NCBI RefSeq assembly: GCF_042675745.1
Contig: NZ_JBHTJM010000002.1
Coordinates: 96,563-160,562 of the forward strand
Source of the DNA: Pseudofulvibacter geojedonensis
Lineage (GTDB): Bacteria > Bacteroidota > Bacteroidia > Flavobacteriales > Flavobacteriaceae
Direction of reading: 5' to 3'
Length of the DNA: 64,000 nucleotides
Shown: positions 38,950 to 48,417 of the stretch, piece by piece
How positions within the stretch are numbered: position 1 is the first letter of the stretch
How the letters are laid out: each line of letters starts with the position of its first letter
Notes under the pieces: model-generated
The model's database searches: none
What the model saw: the letters and a program-made list of their open reading frames with translations, nothing else
Told to the model about the DNA's origin: nothing
Translations under genes and position numbers: made by a program

Positions 38950-39968
38950 AAAACTTACATGAATACATTAAATTTGAATTTATCCCTAATAACACTACTT
39001 ATAAAGCCTCAGAGTTTATTATTGGTACAATAACAATTCAAGCTCTAAAAGACTTTTCTGTTGATGCTTTTGGAGTTTATTTAAAAAAGAGAATAAAGGG
39101 TCAACTATCTACACCGCCTAATCAATCTTTTAGTATTACAAATATTATTCATGAAAATATTTGGAGAGCTGGACAAATTTATGAATATAACATTGAAATA
39201 CTAATCCCTGAAAACGCTTATAGCTATTCTGGCGAAAATGTTGAAGTATTATGGGCTATCGTATTTGAATTAGACCCATCTAGTGAAACTTCTTCTACTC
39301 TCAGAAAAGATTTCCTTAAAAATGTAGAGTTTCATAGCTTATTTAAATCATTTAGTAACTTCAAACATGAGTATTATATAAACATATTACCTAAAGAAGA
39401 TAATTACGAAATTATACCTATAAAAAACTCATTAGCAAACAATAACAAAATGTTCATCATACTTGGTGTTATCATTTTAATTATTGCAACCTGTATATTT
39501 CTTTTTTTAGACAACGGATTCTTTTTTGGATTAATAATAACTGGTTTGGGTGGTTATGTACTTTATAAAAACATTTATCATACTATTAGTATTGGTAAAT
39601 TAGGAAAGATTACTTACTCTACTCATTTGCATACAGATGATGAATTCATGCTTAGATTAAGACTCTCAAACAACCAACGATCTATTAAAAAACTAAACTA
39701 TTATTGCTCTATAACCGAAAAAGTTAGAGATGATAGAGGTACTTCGACTACTACTCGTTCAGAAACAGTTTATAAAAGTCCTAAAAATACTTTTAAGCAA
39801 AGCATAAAAAAGGATAATGAATTATTAATACCATATCCTAAAAAAAGTTTTCCTATTGACATTGATATAAATGATGTTGAATTAATATGGAATGTGAATT
39901 TAGATTTTGAATTTAAAAATGATACAACCTATATTCAAAAACTCCCTATAAAAATATCAAAATCCTAA
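38946..39968 (+). CDS. Two-TM membrane protein with N- and C-terminal beta-rich soluble lobes (arrestin-/Spo0M-like guess)
   Basis: The ATGA start overlaps the previous stop. There are two central hydrophobic helices (MFIILGVIILIIATCIFLFL; FFFGLIITGLGGYVLY), and the flanking domains are beta-rich. Confidence 0.55.
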   Translation: MKNLHEYIKFEFIPNNTTYKASEFIIGTITIQALKDFSVDAFGVYLKKRIKGQLSTPPNQSFSITNIIHENIWRAGQIYEYNIEILIPENAYSYSGENVEVLWAIVFELDPSSETSSTLRKDFLKNVEFHSLFKSFSNFKHEYYINILPKEDNYEIIPIKNSLANNNKMFIILGVIILIIATCIFLFLDNGFFFGLIITGLGGYVLYKNIYHTISIGKLGKITYSTHLHTDDEFMLRLRLSNNQRSIKKLNYYCSITEKVRDDRGTSTTTRSETVYKSPKNTFKQSIKKDNELLIPYPKKSFPIDIDINDVELIWNVNLDFEFKNDTTYIQKLPIKISKS

Positions 39969-41038
39969 AACAACTCTAATTGCCCACTCTTATATTGAGC
40001 ATGCAAACTCGTATTCAATTTAGGCATTTTTTTTCCTTTAAAATATTTAAAACGAGCCATAGTAACTAAATCATTTATCTGCTTGGCTATATTACCTTCT
40101 CCCCTCATTCTATTACCATAACGACTATCGTTTAAAGTTCCTCCATGGCAATCGGCAATTTGATTGAGTACTTTCTCTGCTTTATCGGGTAATGTTTTAT
40201 GAATCCAATCGGTAAAAATTTCTCCAATAGCACCATTTAACCTTACAATAGTATGACCAATAGACAATGCTCCTGCTTCAGATACTGCTTTGGCTAGAGG
40301 CAATACTTCATGACTATTAATAGCAGGAATTAAAGGTGCTAACATAGCGTTTACTGGTACTCCATTATCAGAAAGTATTTTAATAGCCTTTAAACGTTTT
40401 TGTATACTGGCTGTTCTGGGTTCTAAAACCCTCCTAGTTTCTTCAGACAATGATGTAACCGACACATTAACTGCTATTAAATTGTCTTTAGCTAACTCTG
40501 TAAGGATATCAAGATCTCTCAGTATTAAAGCGTTTTTAGTAATAATAGCTACTGGGTGTTTATACCTTAGAAAAACTTCTAAACACTTTCGAGTTATTTC
40601 ATATCTTTTTTCAGCAGGCTGATAACAATCTGTATTACCAGAAAGTACTATTGGGTAAGCTTGCCAAGATTTCTTCTTTAACATTGCTTCTAACAACTTA
40701 GGAGCATCTTTCTTAACCAATATCTTTCTTTCAAAATCCAGTCCAGCACTATATCCCCAATACTCATGGGTATTACGAGCAAAACAGTAAATACAACCGT
40801 GTTCGCATCCTTGATACGGATTCATAGAATATTGCATTCCTACATCAGGACTTTTAACTTTATTCACAATTGTTTTAGGGAAAACATCTATAAACTGTGT
40901 TTTGTTTTTATCTGCTTCTTCTTGTTCTTTGTAACAGAATTCTAAAAAATCATCACGTATTTCATGACTCAACTCAAAAAATCGGTTGTGTACATTTTTT
41001 TGGGCGCCTCGCCCTTTTATAGGTGATTTAGAATTCAT
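39965..41038 (-). CDS. Radical SAM protein, PA0069/SplB-like family (COG1533)
   Basis: It has a CxxxCxxC cluster (GCEHGCIYCFAR), and its N-terminus KGRGAQKNVHNRF is typical of this family. Confidence 0.7.
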   Translation of the reverse strand: MNSKSPIKGRGAQKNVHNRFFELSHEIRDDFLEFCYKEQEEADKNKTQFIDVFPKTIVNKVKSPDVGMQYSMNPYQGCEHGCIYCFARNTHEYWGYSAGLDFERKILVKKDAPKLLEAMLKKKSWQAYPIVLSGNTDCYQPAEKRYEITRKCLEVFLRYKHPVAIITKNALILRDLDILTELAKDNLIAVNVSVTSLSEETRRVLEPRTASIQKRLKAIKILSDNGVPVNAMLAPLIPAINSHEVLPLAKAVSEAGALSIGHTIVRLNGAIGEIFTDWIHKTLPDKAEKVLNQIADCHGGTLNDSRYGNRMRGEGNIAKQINDLVTMARFKYFKGKKMPKLNTSLHAQYKSGQLELF

Positions 41039-41164
41039 GAGTTTAATAAAACAATCTAGGAATGGTTATAAAATTACTGCTTAATTCTTCATGAAAATGT
41101 TAAAACCAAACTAGGTTATTAACAAATTAAATTGGTACTTTTACCTAAGTAATAAAACCTACTG

Positions 41165-42229
41165 GTGTCAAAAAAAAAGCAACATAAATCGGCTCTAACA
41201 GAAAATGATGGTGTACCACAACCCAAAATGGTTAATGCGAATGCTATGGTACGTAAAAAAGAAATTTCTGTAGAAAAATATGTTTCTGAAATTCAGAAAG
41301 GTAGTCGAGTATTTCTAAGTAAAGCCATTACATTAATTGAGAGTACCAATCCTAAGCACAAAGAAAAAGCAAATGCTATTTTAAAGACTTGTTTACAAAC
41401 TCCTAACAAATCAATAAGAATTGGAATTACTGGAGTCCCAGGTGCTGGAAAAAGTACCTTTATTGAAGCTTTTGGGACTTATTTAACCAGTTTAGGTAAA
41501 AAAGTAGCTGTATTAGCTGTAGACCCTAGTAGTTCTGTTACCAAAGGAAGCATTCTAGGCGATAAAACTAGAATGGAAGAATTAGTACGAAACGAAAATG
41601 CTTTTATTCGCCCTAGTCCGTCTGGAAATTCTTTAGGAGGTGTAGCCAGAAAGACGAGAGAAAGTATGATGCTTTGCGAAGCTGCGGGTTATGACACTAT
41701 TTTAGTAGAAACTGTTGGAGTTGGACAAAGTGAAACTGCTGTTCATTCTATGGTAGATTTCTTTTTATTATTAAAATTGGCTGGAGCTGGTGACCAATTA
41801 CAAGGAATAAAAAGAGGGATTATAGAAATGGCCGACACCATAGTCATTAACAAAGCAGATGGTGACAATATAAAACGTGCAAAACTAGCTAGAACCGAGT
41901 TTAAACGTGCTTTGCAATTATATCCTCATAAAGACAATGGATGGCTCCCTAAAGTAACTACTTGTAGTGCTTTAAAAAATGATAATATTGATGGAGTCTG
42001 GGACATTATTAATGAATATATTGAGTTGTCTACAAATAATAACTCTTTTAAAGACAGACGTGCAGAACAAAACAAGTTTTGGTTGGTTCAAACTATAGAA
42101 GAGCAATTAAAAGAAAACTTTTATTCTCATCCTGAAGTTGCCAAACAACTCATAATACTTACCAAAGAAGTAGAAAAAGGAACTATTTCTCCTTTTGATG
42201 CGGCTGAGCAATTATTAAGTTTGAAATAG
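41165..42229 (+). CDS. meaB: MeaB/ArgK-type G3E GTPase (methylmalonyl-CoA mutase accessory)
   Basis: It has a P-loop GITGVPGAGKSTFIEAF, the motifs VETVGVGQSE and VINKADGDN, and a C-terminal dimerisation helix. The true start may be an internal Met near 41231. Confidence 0.85.
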   Translation: MSKKKQHKSALTENDGVPQPKMVNANAMVRKKEISVEKYVSEIQKGSRVFLSKAITLIESTNPKHKEKANAILKTCLQTPNKSIRIGITGVPGAGKSTFIEAFGTYLTSLGKKVAVLAVDPSSSVTKGSILGDKTRMEELVRNENAFIRPSPSGNSLGGVARKTRESMMLCEAAGYDTILVETVGVGQSETAVHSMVDFFLLLKLAGAGDQLQGIKRGIIEMADTIVINKADGDNIKRAKLARTEFKRALQLYPHKDNGWLPKVTTCSALKNDNIDGVWDIINEYIELSTNNNSFKDRRAEQNKFWLVQTIEEQLKENFYSHPEVAKQLIILTKEVEKGTISPFDAAEQLLSLK

Positions 42230-42231
42230 AA

Positions 42232-43857
42232 TTATTTCTTTTCATACACTAACTCCCCTCCGATAAAAGTTTTTAGAACTTTAGCTTCTGGAACCTCATT
42301 GATATCAACAGTCATAATATCTCTATCTAATATTACAAAATCGGCAAATTTTCCTATTTCAATGCTTCCTTTTTCTTGTTCTTCAAAATTAGAATGTGCT
42401 GCCCAAATAGTCATACCTTTTAAAGTTTCTTCTCTAGTTAAAGCATTTTCCATTTGGTAACCATTCTCTGGGTATCCTTTTAAATCTTTTCTTGCTACAG
42501 CAGCATAAAACGTCAACATTGGGTTTACCTTCTCTACCGGGAAGTCTGTTCCTAAAGCTACTTTACCATAATTGTTTAGTAACTTTTTATAAGCATAACC
42601 ATTTTTAATTCGCTCTTTCCCTACTCTATCTTCTGCCCAATACATGTCTGAAGTAGCATGTGTAGGTTGTATAGAAGGGACAATTTTATCGAAAAAATGA
42701 AAATCTTTTTCATCTACAATTTGTGCATGCTCAATTTTCCACCTTCTATCTTCTTTACCTTCTAAAGCTTCTTTATAAGTCTTTAAAACTATATAATTAG
42801 TAGAATCCCCAATTGCGTGTGTATTCATCTGAAAATCTGAATTAGCAATTCTTCTAGCTGTCTCCTTTAAATTATCTACGCTAAATATTAACGCTCCATG
42901 GTGATGGTCTAAATCTGAATATGGTTCTTTCATAACAGCTCCTCTAGATCCTAAAGCACCATCTCCATAATACTTAAAAGAACGAACATTCATATAATCT
43001 GTTTTATAAATTCCTTTCTTTAAATAATAATCTAAATTTTCTTTACTTGCAGAAGCCATTGCATAAATACGCATTTTAAGCTCATTAGCTTGCTGTAAAC
43101 TATCCATTAACTTTATTTCATAACGTTCTAAACCAGCTTCATTTACTGTTGTTAACCCAAGGCTAAAACACTTTTCTGCAGCTAATTTTAAAGCTTGAGC
43201 AGACTCTTTTATAGTTGGTTTTGGTATTGTAGAACGTATTAACTCCATTGGAGCATCTATAAAAACACCTGTTAGTTTTCCGTCCTTTTTTAAAATTTCT
43301 CCTCCCGAAGCCGGAGTATCAATGGTTACTCCCGCCAAATCTATCGCTGCCTGATTTGCCAATAAAGCATGTCCGTCTACTCTACGTATGGCTACAGGTG
43401 TAGTAGGAAACAAGCTATCTAACTTTTCATTTGTTGGATATTCTTTTACTTCCCAATCGTTCTGATCCCAACCTCTACCAGTAATATAACTTAATTGATT
43501 CTTTTTCTGAAAATCAACTAAGACTTCTAAAACCTCTTCATAGCTCTTAGTTCCTTCCAGTCTTACTTTTTGCTCAACCAATCCCATTCCTAAAAAATGA
43601 CAATGAGCATCTATTAAACCTGGATAAACAGGTTTTCCTTCTGCGTCAATTACTTGATTTGATTGGTATTTATTTTTAATTTCTTCTGATTCTCCAATAG
43701 CTACAAACATTCCGTCTTTTATAGCAAATGCGCTAGCTTTAGGTAAAGAATCACTCACAGTATATATATTAGCGTTTGTTACTAATATATCTACAGTTTC
43801 TTTTTTTTGACTACATGCTACTAATAGTATGCTAACTAATAATAAAATATTTTTCAT
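42232..43857 (-). CDS. Amidohydrolase-family metal-dependent hydrolase (YtcJ-like), lipoprotein
   Basis: It has a lipobox LLVACSQ, the HxH metal motif GLIDAHCHF and downstream His/Asp ligands. Confidence 0.75.
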   Translation of the reverse strand: MKNILLLVSILLVACSQKKETVDILVTNANIYTVSDSLPKASAFAIKDGMFVAIGESEEIKNKYQSNQVIDAEGKPVYPGLIDAHCHFLGMGLVEQKVRLEGTKSYEEVLEVLVDFQKKNQLSYITGRGWDQNDWEVKEYPTNEKLDSLFPTTPVAIRRVDGHALLANQAAIDLAGVTIDTPASGGEILKKDGKLTGVFIDAPMELIRSTIPKPTIKESAQALKLAAEKCFSLGLTTVNEAGLERYEIKLMDSLQQANELKMRIYAMASASKENLDYYLKKGIYKTDYMNVRSFKYYGDGALGSRGAVMKEPYSDLDHHHGALIFSVDNLKETARRIANSDFQMNTHAIGDSTNYIVLKTYKEALEGKEDRRWKIEHAQIVDEKDFHFFDKIVPSIQPTHATSDMYWAEDRVGKERIKNGYAYKKLLNNYGKVALGTDFPVEKVNPMLTFYAAVARKDLKGYPENGYQMENALTREETLKGMTIWAAHSNFEEQEKGSIEIGKFADFVILDRDIMTVDINEVPEAKVLKTFIGGELVYEKK

Positions 43858-43908
43858 TGGGTAATAAGTCTTAAATTAAATAAAAAAGGAGCTTTCTCTT
43901 TGTAATAA

Positions 43909-44472
43909 CTAAGCATTATATTTAGCAATTAACCACTGCTGCAGTTTATACATTCCTAATGCTACTAAAGTTCCGAATACAAATCCTGTCAACACATCTC
44001 CAGGATAATGAACTCCAATATAAATACGGCTATAACCTACCATAAAAGCCCATAAGAATAACAAAACAGCTATGTACTTAAAATGCTTTTTTAATACTTG
44101 TCCCATAAAAATTGCTAATGCCATAGAACTTGTTGCATGAGCTGAAAAATAACCTCCTTTACCTCCACATGAATCCTTTACTAATCTTACCAAATCTGGC
44201 ATGTCATAGCAAGGTCTTAAACGCAACATTAATTCATATTTAAAATATTTAGAAACTTGATCGGTAACTAAAATCATTAATGCAACTGTTAACATAGTAA
44301 GTAAAGTACCCTTAAGTCCTAACTTTTTATATAGTAAAAACAGTAATAAAGCGTACAAAGGAATCGCATTCCATTTACCGGTAATAAACATCCAGAAACC
44401 ATCCCATGTAGAGCTTCCTAAGCCATTTAAGAATAAAAATAAATCGGTGTCTAACTGAAGAATACTTTCCAT
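43909..44472 (-). CDS. PAP2-family phosphatase (phosphatidic acid phosphatase type 2)
   Basis: It has PAP2 motif 2-like FSAHATSS and motif 3 SRIYIGVHYPGDV, with about 5 TM. Confidence 0.75.
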   Translation of the reverse strand: MESILQLDTDLFLFLNGLGSSTWDGFWMFITGKWNAIPLYALLLFLLYKKLGLKGTLLTMLTVALMILVTDQVSKYFKYELMLRLRPCYDMPDLVRLVKDSCGGKGGYFSAHATSSMALAIFMGQVLKKHFKYIAVLLFLWAFMVGYSRIYIGVHYPGDVLTGFVFGTLVALGMYKLQQWLIAKYNA

Positions 44473-44479
44473 ATAAGTA

Positions 44480-44707
44480 CTAGTTTTCGTAACGAGCTAC
44501 TTCTCTATCGTAAAACTCTGAAGCTTCTTTTATAGCAGTTTGAGATTCTGTAAGTAATTCTTGTTCGTCGTTTTTATCAAAATCTTCAAACCATTCAATT
44601 TCATCATTTTCTAAGTTAATTATAAACCTAGGAAAGTCGGTATGAATAACAAAAATAGCATCTGGTAAATCGGTATTATCTCCTAATATAAACTTTGGTA
44701 ATTCCAT
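44480..44707 (-). CDS. Hypothetical small acidic protein
   Basis: It is a 75-aa ORF wedged between the PAP2 and MATE genes with no recognisable motif. Confidence 0.35.
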   Translation of the reverse strand: MELPKFILGDNTDLPDAIFVIHTDFPRFIINLENDEIEWFEDFDKNDEQELLTESQTAIKEASEFYDREVARYEN

Positions 44708-44712
44708 AATAT

Positions 44713-46095
44713 CTAGTTCGACTCTTTCTGAGCGATTAATTTTTTAGTTAAATAATTAAAACGTAAAAATAACAATATAGCAGAAACTGTTAAACCAGCT
44801 AATAAGCCTAACCATATTCCTGCACTTTTATATTCTGTATGCAACCCTAAATAATAACTTATAGGGAAGCCAACTACCCAATAAGCTATAAAGGTGAACA
44901 ACATTGGCATCATAACATCTTGTAAGCCCCTTAAAGCTCCTAGAACTACGACTTGCACACCATCTGATATTTGAAAAAATGCCGCAATTAAAATTAAAAC
45001 ACCTGCTGTTTTTACAACATCGTAAGTATTTAGTAAATCTGCTTCATTATTGTAATTCACAAATAAGTCTGGAAACACCTTATAACCGGCAATAAAGATG
45101 CCTGCAAAGATAATCTCTATAAATAAGGTTAAAGCAAAAACTGAAAAAGCAATTCTACGCAACTCTACAAAGTTTTTCATCCCTTTTTGATTTCCTACTC
45201 TAATCATTGCAGCTACACTAAGCCCCATACCTACCATAAAAGTTAGAGATGATAATTTTAAAGCTATCTGATTTGCTGCCTGTGCGTTTTGTCCTAAAAC
45301 CCCCGACAACCATATTGCAGCTGTAAAAATTGCTACCTCAAATAACATTTGCATTGAAGATGGAAAACCTAGATTTACAATCTTCTTGATGACCGATTTT
45401 TGTATAGACAACATGTTTAAATTAGTAACATACATTCTAAATTTTTCTTTAGAACGTAATAGCCACCAAATAAATAATACCATAATAATTCTAGAAACTA
45501 AAGTTCCTATTGCCGCACCAGTAATCCCTAGTTTGGGAAAACCTAACTTACCATAAATTAATAAGTAATTTAATAAGACATTAATACCATTGGCTATTAA
45601 AGTTGCCCACATAGCGTACTTGGTTTGAGACAAACCATCTGAAAATTGCTTAAATGCTTGAAAAATAATTAATGGTATTAACGACGCCGCTACAATATTT
45701 AAATAAGGCATAGCTAGTTCTACTACTGCATCTGGCTGCTTCATATGATACATAAGTGGCTTGGCAATTAAAACTGAAGTAAATAAACCCAAGGCTAGCA
45801 CTGTACACAAAAACAAACCATGTTTAAAAGCCGCTTTTACTCTATCTTTATTTCCTTCTCCATCTGCCTCGGCAACTAAAGGTGTAATTGCTGTAGAGAA
45901 CCCAATTCCTAAAGACATGGCAATAAACAAAAAGCTATTACCTAAAGACACTGCAGCAAGTTCTGTAGTACCTATTTTACCTACCATGATATCATCTATT
46001 AAACCAACCATGGTATGACCAACCATACCCAATATTACTGGATAGGCAAGCTTTAAGTTATAACGAAACTCTTTAGTATAATTAGAAAAATTCAA
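44713..46095 (-). CDS. MATE-family multidrug/oligosaccharidyl-lipid efflux transporter
   Basis: It has 12 TM and a MATE N-terminal signature (LAYPVILGMVGHTMVGLIDDIMVGKIG). Confidence 0.8.
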   Translation of the reverse strand: MNFSNYTKEFRYNLKLAYPVILGMVGHTMVGLIDDIMVGKIGTTELAAVSLGNSFLFIAMSLGIGFSTAITPLVAEADGEGNKDRVKAAFKHGLFLCTVLALGLFTSVLIAKPLMYHMKQPDAVVELAMPYLNIVAASLIPLIIFQAFKQFSDGLSQTKYAMWATLIANGINVLLNYLLIYGKLGFPKLGITGAAIGTLVSRIIMVLFIWWLLRSKEKFRMYVTNLNMLSIQKSVIKKIVNLGFPSSMQMLFEVAIFTAAIWLSGVLGQNAQAANQIALKLSSLTFMVGMGLSVAAMIRVGNQKGMKNFVELRRIAFSVFALTLFIEIIFAGIFIAGYKVFPDLFVNYNNEADLLNTYDVVKTAGVLILIAAFFQISDGVQVVVLGALRGLQDVMMPMLFTFIAYWVVGFPISYYLGLHTEYKSAGIWLGLLAGLTVSAILLFLRFNYLTKKLIAQKESN

Positions 46096-46153
46096 ACCGC
46101 TGATTTAAGTGTGCAAAGGTAAAAGAAATACTTATCATTTAAATCAATAGCTA

Positions 46154-46705
46154 TTGTATTTATTATATTGCAGTATCAATAAAATTTATATTGTGAATAC
46201 CACCAACAATACTGTACAAAAAATTGTAGAAAAATTAGATTTACTACCGCATCCAGAAGGAGGATTTTATAAAGAAAATTATAGGAGTTCAGAATTCATC
46301 AAACAACCTCATTTACCCAATCGGTTTTCGGGTGATAGAAATTTCTCAACGGCTATTTATTTTTTGTTAACCTCTGGTAATTTTTCGGCTTTTCATAGAA
46401 TTCAACAAGATGAAGTTTGGCACTTTTATGAGGGATCACCCTTAAATGTTCATGTTATTACTCCAGAGGGAAATTATACAAAACATAAAGTTGGCCATAT
46501 TCACCAAGGATTACAACCTCAGTTAATAGTACCAAAAGGATGTTGGTTTGCTTCTAACATAGATGAAGAAGATTCTTATACTTTAGTAGGGTGTACTGTT
46601 GCTCCCGGTTTTGATTTTTCTGATTTCGAATTAGCAGTAGAAAAGGACTTAAGTAAGTTATATCCGCAACATTCTCATATCATTAACCAGTTAACTAGAA
46701 GCTAA
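46154..46705 (+). CDS. DUF985 cupin-fold protein
   Basis: It has the LLPHPEGGFYKENYRS motif. The true start is likely downstream of the listed ATG, perhaps the GTG near 46190. Confidence 0.65.
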   Translation: MYLLYCSINKIYIVNTTNNTVQKIVEKLDLLPHPEGGFYKENYRSSEFIKQPHLPNRFSGDRNFSTAIYFLLTSGNFSAFHRIQQDEVWHFYEGSPLNVHVITPEGNYTKHKVGHIHQGLQPQLIVPKGCWFASNIDEEDSYTLVGCTVAPGFDFSDFELAVEKDLSKLYPQHSHIINQLTRS

Positions 46706-46706
46706 T

Positions 46707-47213
46707 ATGTCTTATCAAATACATCCTACTCCAAATAATATTAGTTGTACGAATACTATTGCTAGAATGATCGATGGTCTTATATTTCGTTACTATTGGG
46801 CTACAGAAGGCTTAACTGATGATGATTATACTTTTAGACCAGTTGAAGGTAGTATGAATTTAACTGAGTTGCATATGCACATATACGATTTAGCTTTTAT
46901 CACCAATAAAACTTATGGTGGTTCACCTACCTATAAAAAGGAATATTTAACTAGTTTTGACAGCGCTAGACAAGAAATACTCAGATTATATGAAGATGTA
47001 AGCAATCGCTTAAAAGAAATGCAAGATGATAACCAACTCAATGAATTTGTAGTTAAACCTAAATCTTTAGATGGTGAATTTCCGTTTTGGTATACACTAA
47101 ATGGACACATTGCAGACTGTTTAACTCATATTGGACAACTAATTTCTTGGCGACGCATAAATGGTAATCCACAACCTAAAGGAGTAAATGTATTTTTAGG
47201 AAAACAACTTTAA
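46707..47213 (+). CDS. DinB/YfiT-like four-helix-bundle protein (putative metal-dependent)
   Basis: It has His clusters (ELHMHIYDL; GHIADCLTHIG) spaced as in the DinB_2 family. Confidence 0.4.
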   Translation: MSYQIHPTPNNISCTNTIARMIDGLIFRYYWATEGLTDDDYTFRPVEGSMNLTELHMHIYDLAFITNKTYGGSPTYKKEYLTSFDSARQEILRLYEDVSNRLKEMQDDNQLNEFVVKPKSLDGEFPFWYTLNGHIADCLTHIGQLISWRRINGNPQPKGVNVFLGKQL

Positions 47214-47214
47214 C

Positions 47215-47676
47215 ATGACAAACAACGATATACTAAAACGATTACGTTTTACCTTTGATTATAATGATGCCCAAATGGTGGCAATTTTTAAACTCGCCGA
47301 TTATGAGGTAGAAGTAGAAGAAATGACTGCTTGGTTAAGAAAAGATAATCACCCAGATTATTTAGAACTGATTGATAAAGATTTGGCTATTTTTTTAAAC
47401 GGATTAATTAACGAAAAAAGAGGTAAAAGAGAAGGTCCGCAACCTACACCAGAAAAAAGGTTAACCAATAATCTTATTTTAAAGAAACTTAAAATAGCTC
47501 TAAACCTAAAAACTGATGATATTATAGCTGTATTTGCTTTGGTAGACAGAAAGATTACGATGCCTGTTTTAAATTCTTTTTTAAGAAACCCTAAACAAGA
47601 CCAATACCGCATTTGCCAAGACCAATATTTAAGGTGGTTTTTAAGTGGTCTGCAAGCTAAGTATAGATCAAAATAA
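47215..47676 (+). CDS. DUF1456 (YehS-like) protein with two internal repeats
   Basis: NDILKRLRFTFDYNDAQMVAIFKL is repeated as NLILKKLKIALNLKTDDIIAVFAL. Confidence 0.7.
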   Translation: MTNNDILKRLRFTFDYNDAQMVAIFKLADYEVEVEEMTAWLRKDNHPDYLELIDKDLAIFLNGLINEKRGKREGPQPTPEKRLTNNLILKKLKIALNLKTDDIIAVFALVDRKITMPVLNSFLRNPKQDQYRICQDQYLRWFLSGLQAKYRSK

Positions 47677-47785
47677 TAACACAAGTACTTTTTTTATAAA
47701 ACCCGGGCAATATTCTGTAAGATAACGGCGTAATATTTGATGAGAAAAATATGCTTTTTACTCGTAAAAAAATTATACTACCAAT

Positions 47786-48398
47786 ATGATACTAAAAAAA
47801 ACTAACCCTATTTTTATGCTTTATCACTATTTATTCTTTTGGACAAAAAGAAAATTCAAATAATAATAGAAGCTCATACAAAAACAAAGGTTTTTTTAAT
47901 ATCACTAAGATATCTTTTACAAATATTAATAGCTTAGAACGAGATATTTTCATTCCTGGGGAAGGGGGATTTTATTCAGAACTTGACGATAGTAATTCTT
48001 TTGCTTGGAGCCTTCAAACTATTAATGGTTATTTCATTTCACCTTATTTTTCTTTAGGAATTGGTGTAGGACTTGATGGTTATCATAAACCTGATTTTAA
48101 TACATTTCCTATTTTCTTAGATATTAGGGGATATTTTTCAGATAAAGAAAATTCTATTTACTCGTTTCTAGATTTAGGGCCGACTTTAAATATTGGTGGA
48201 GAAAATTCTAATTTACGAAAAGGATTCTTAGCCAATATAGGTATTGGATATAAATTTAAAATTCATAAGAATCTAAATTTAATATCAGATATATTCTATT
48301 CTCATAAAACGGTTAGCTTAACAAATGAAGGTATAGCTAAATCCAATGATAAAATAAAAGCAAACGGAATTGGTCTAAGTTTAGGTCTTATATTTTAA
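47786..48398 (+). pseudogene. Outer-membrane beta-barrel (OMP_b-brl_2/OmpW-like) gene interrupted by a +1 frameshift in an A8 homopolymer at 47794-47801
   Basis: ATG 47786 gives MILKK, then an A8 run. In the +1 frame, LTLFLCFITIYSFGQ (a signal peptide) continues through about 200 aa of alternating amphipathic beta-strands ending ...GIGLSLGLIF. Deleting one A restores a 203-aa protein. Confidence 0.6.
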
Positions 48399-48417
48399 TT
48401 ATTAAATTATAAGAATT

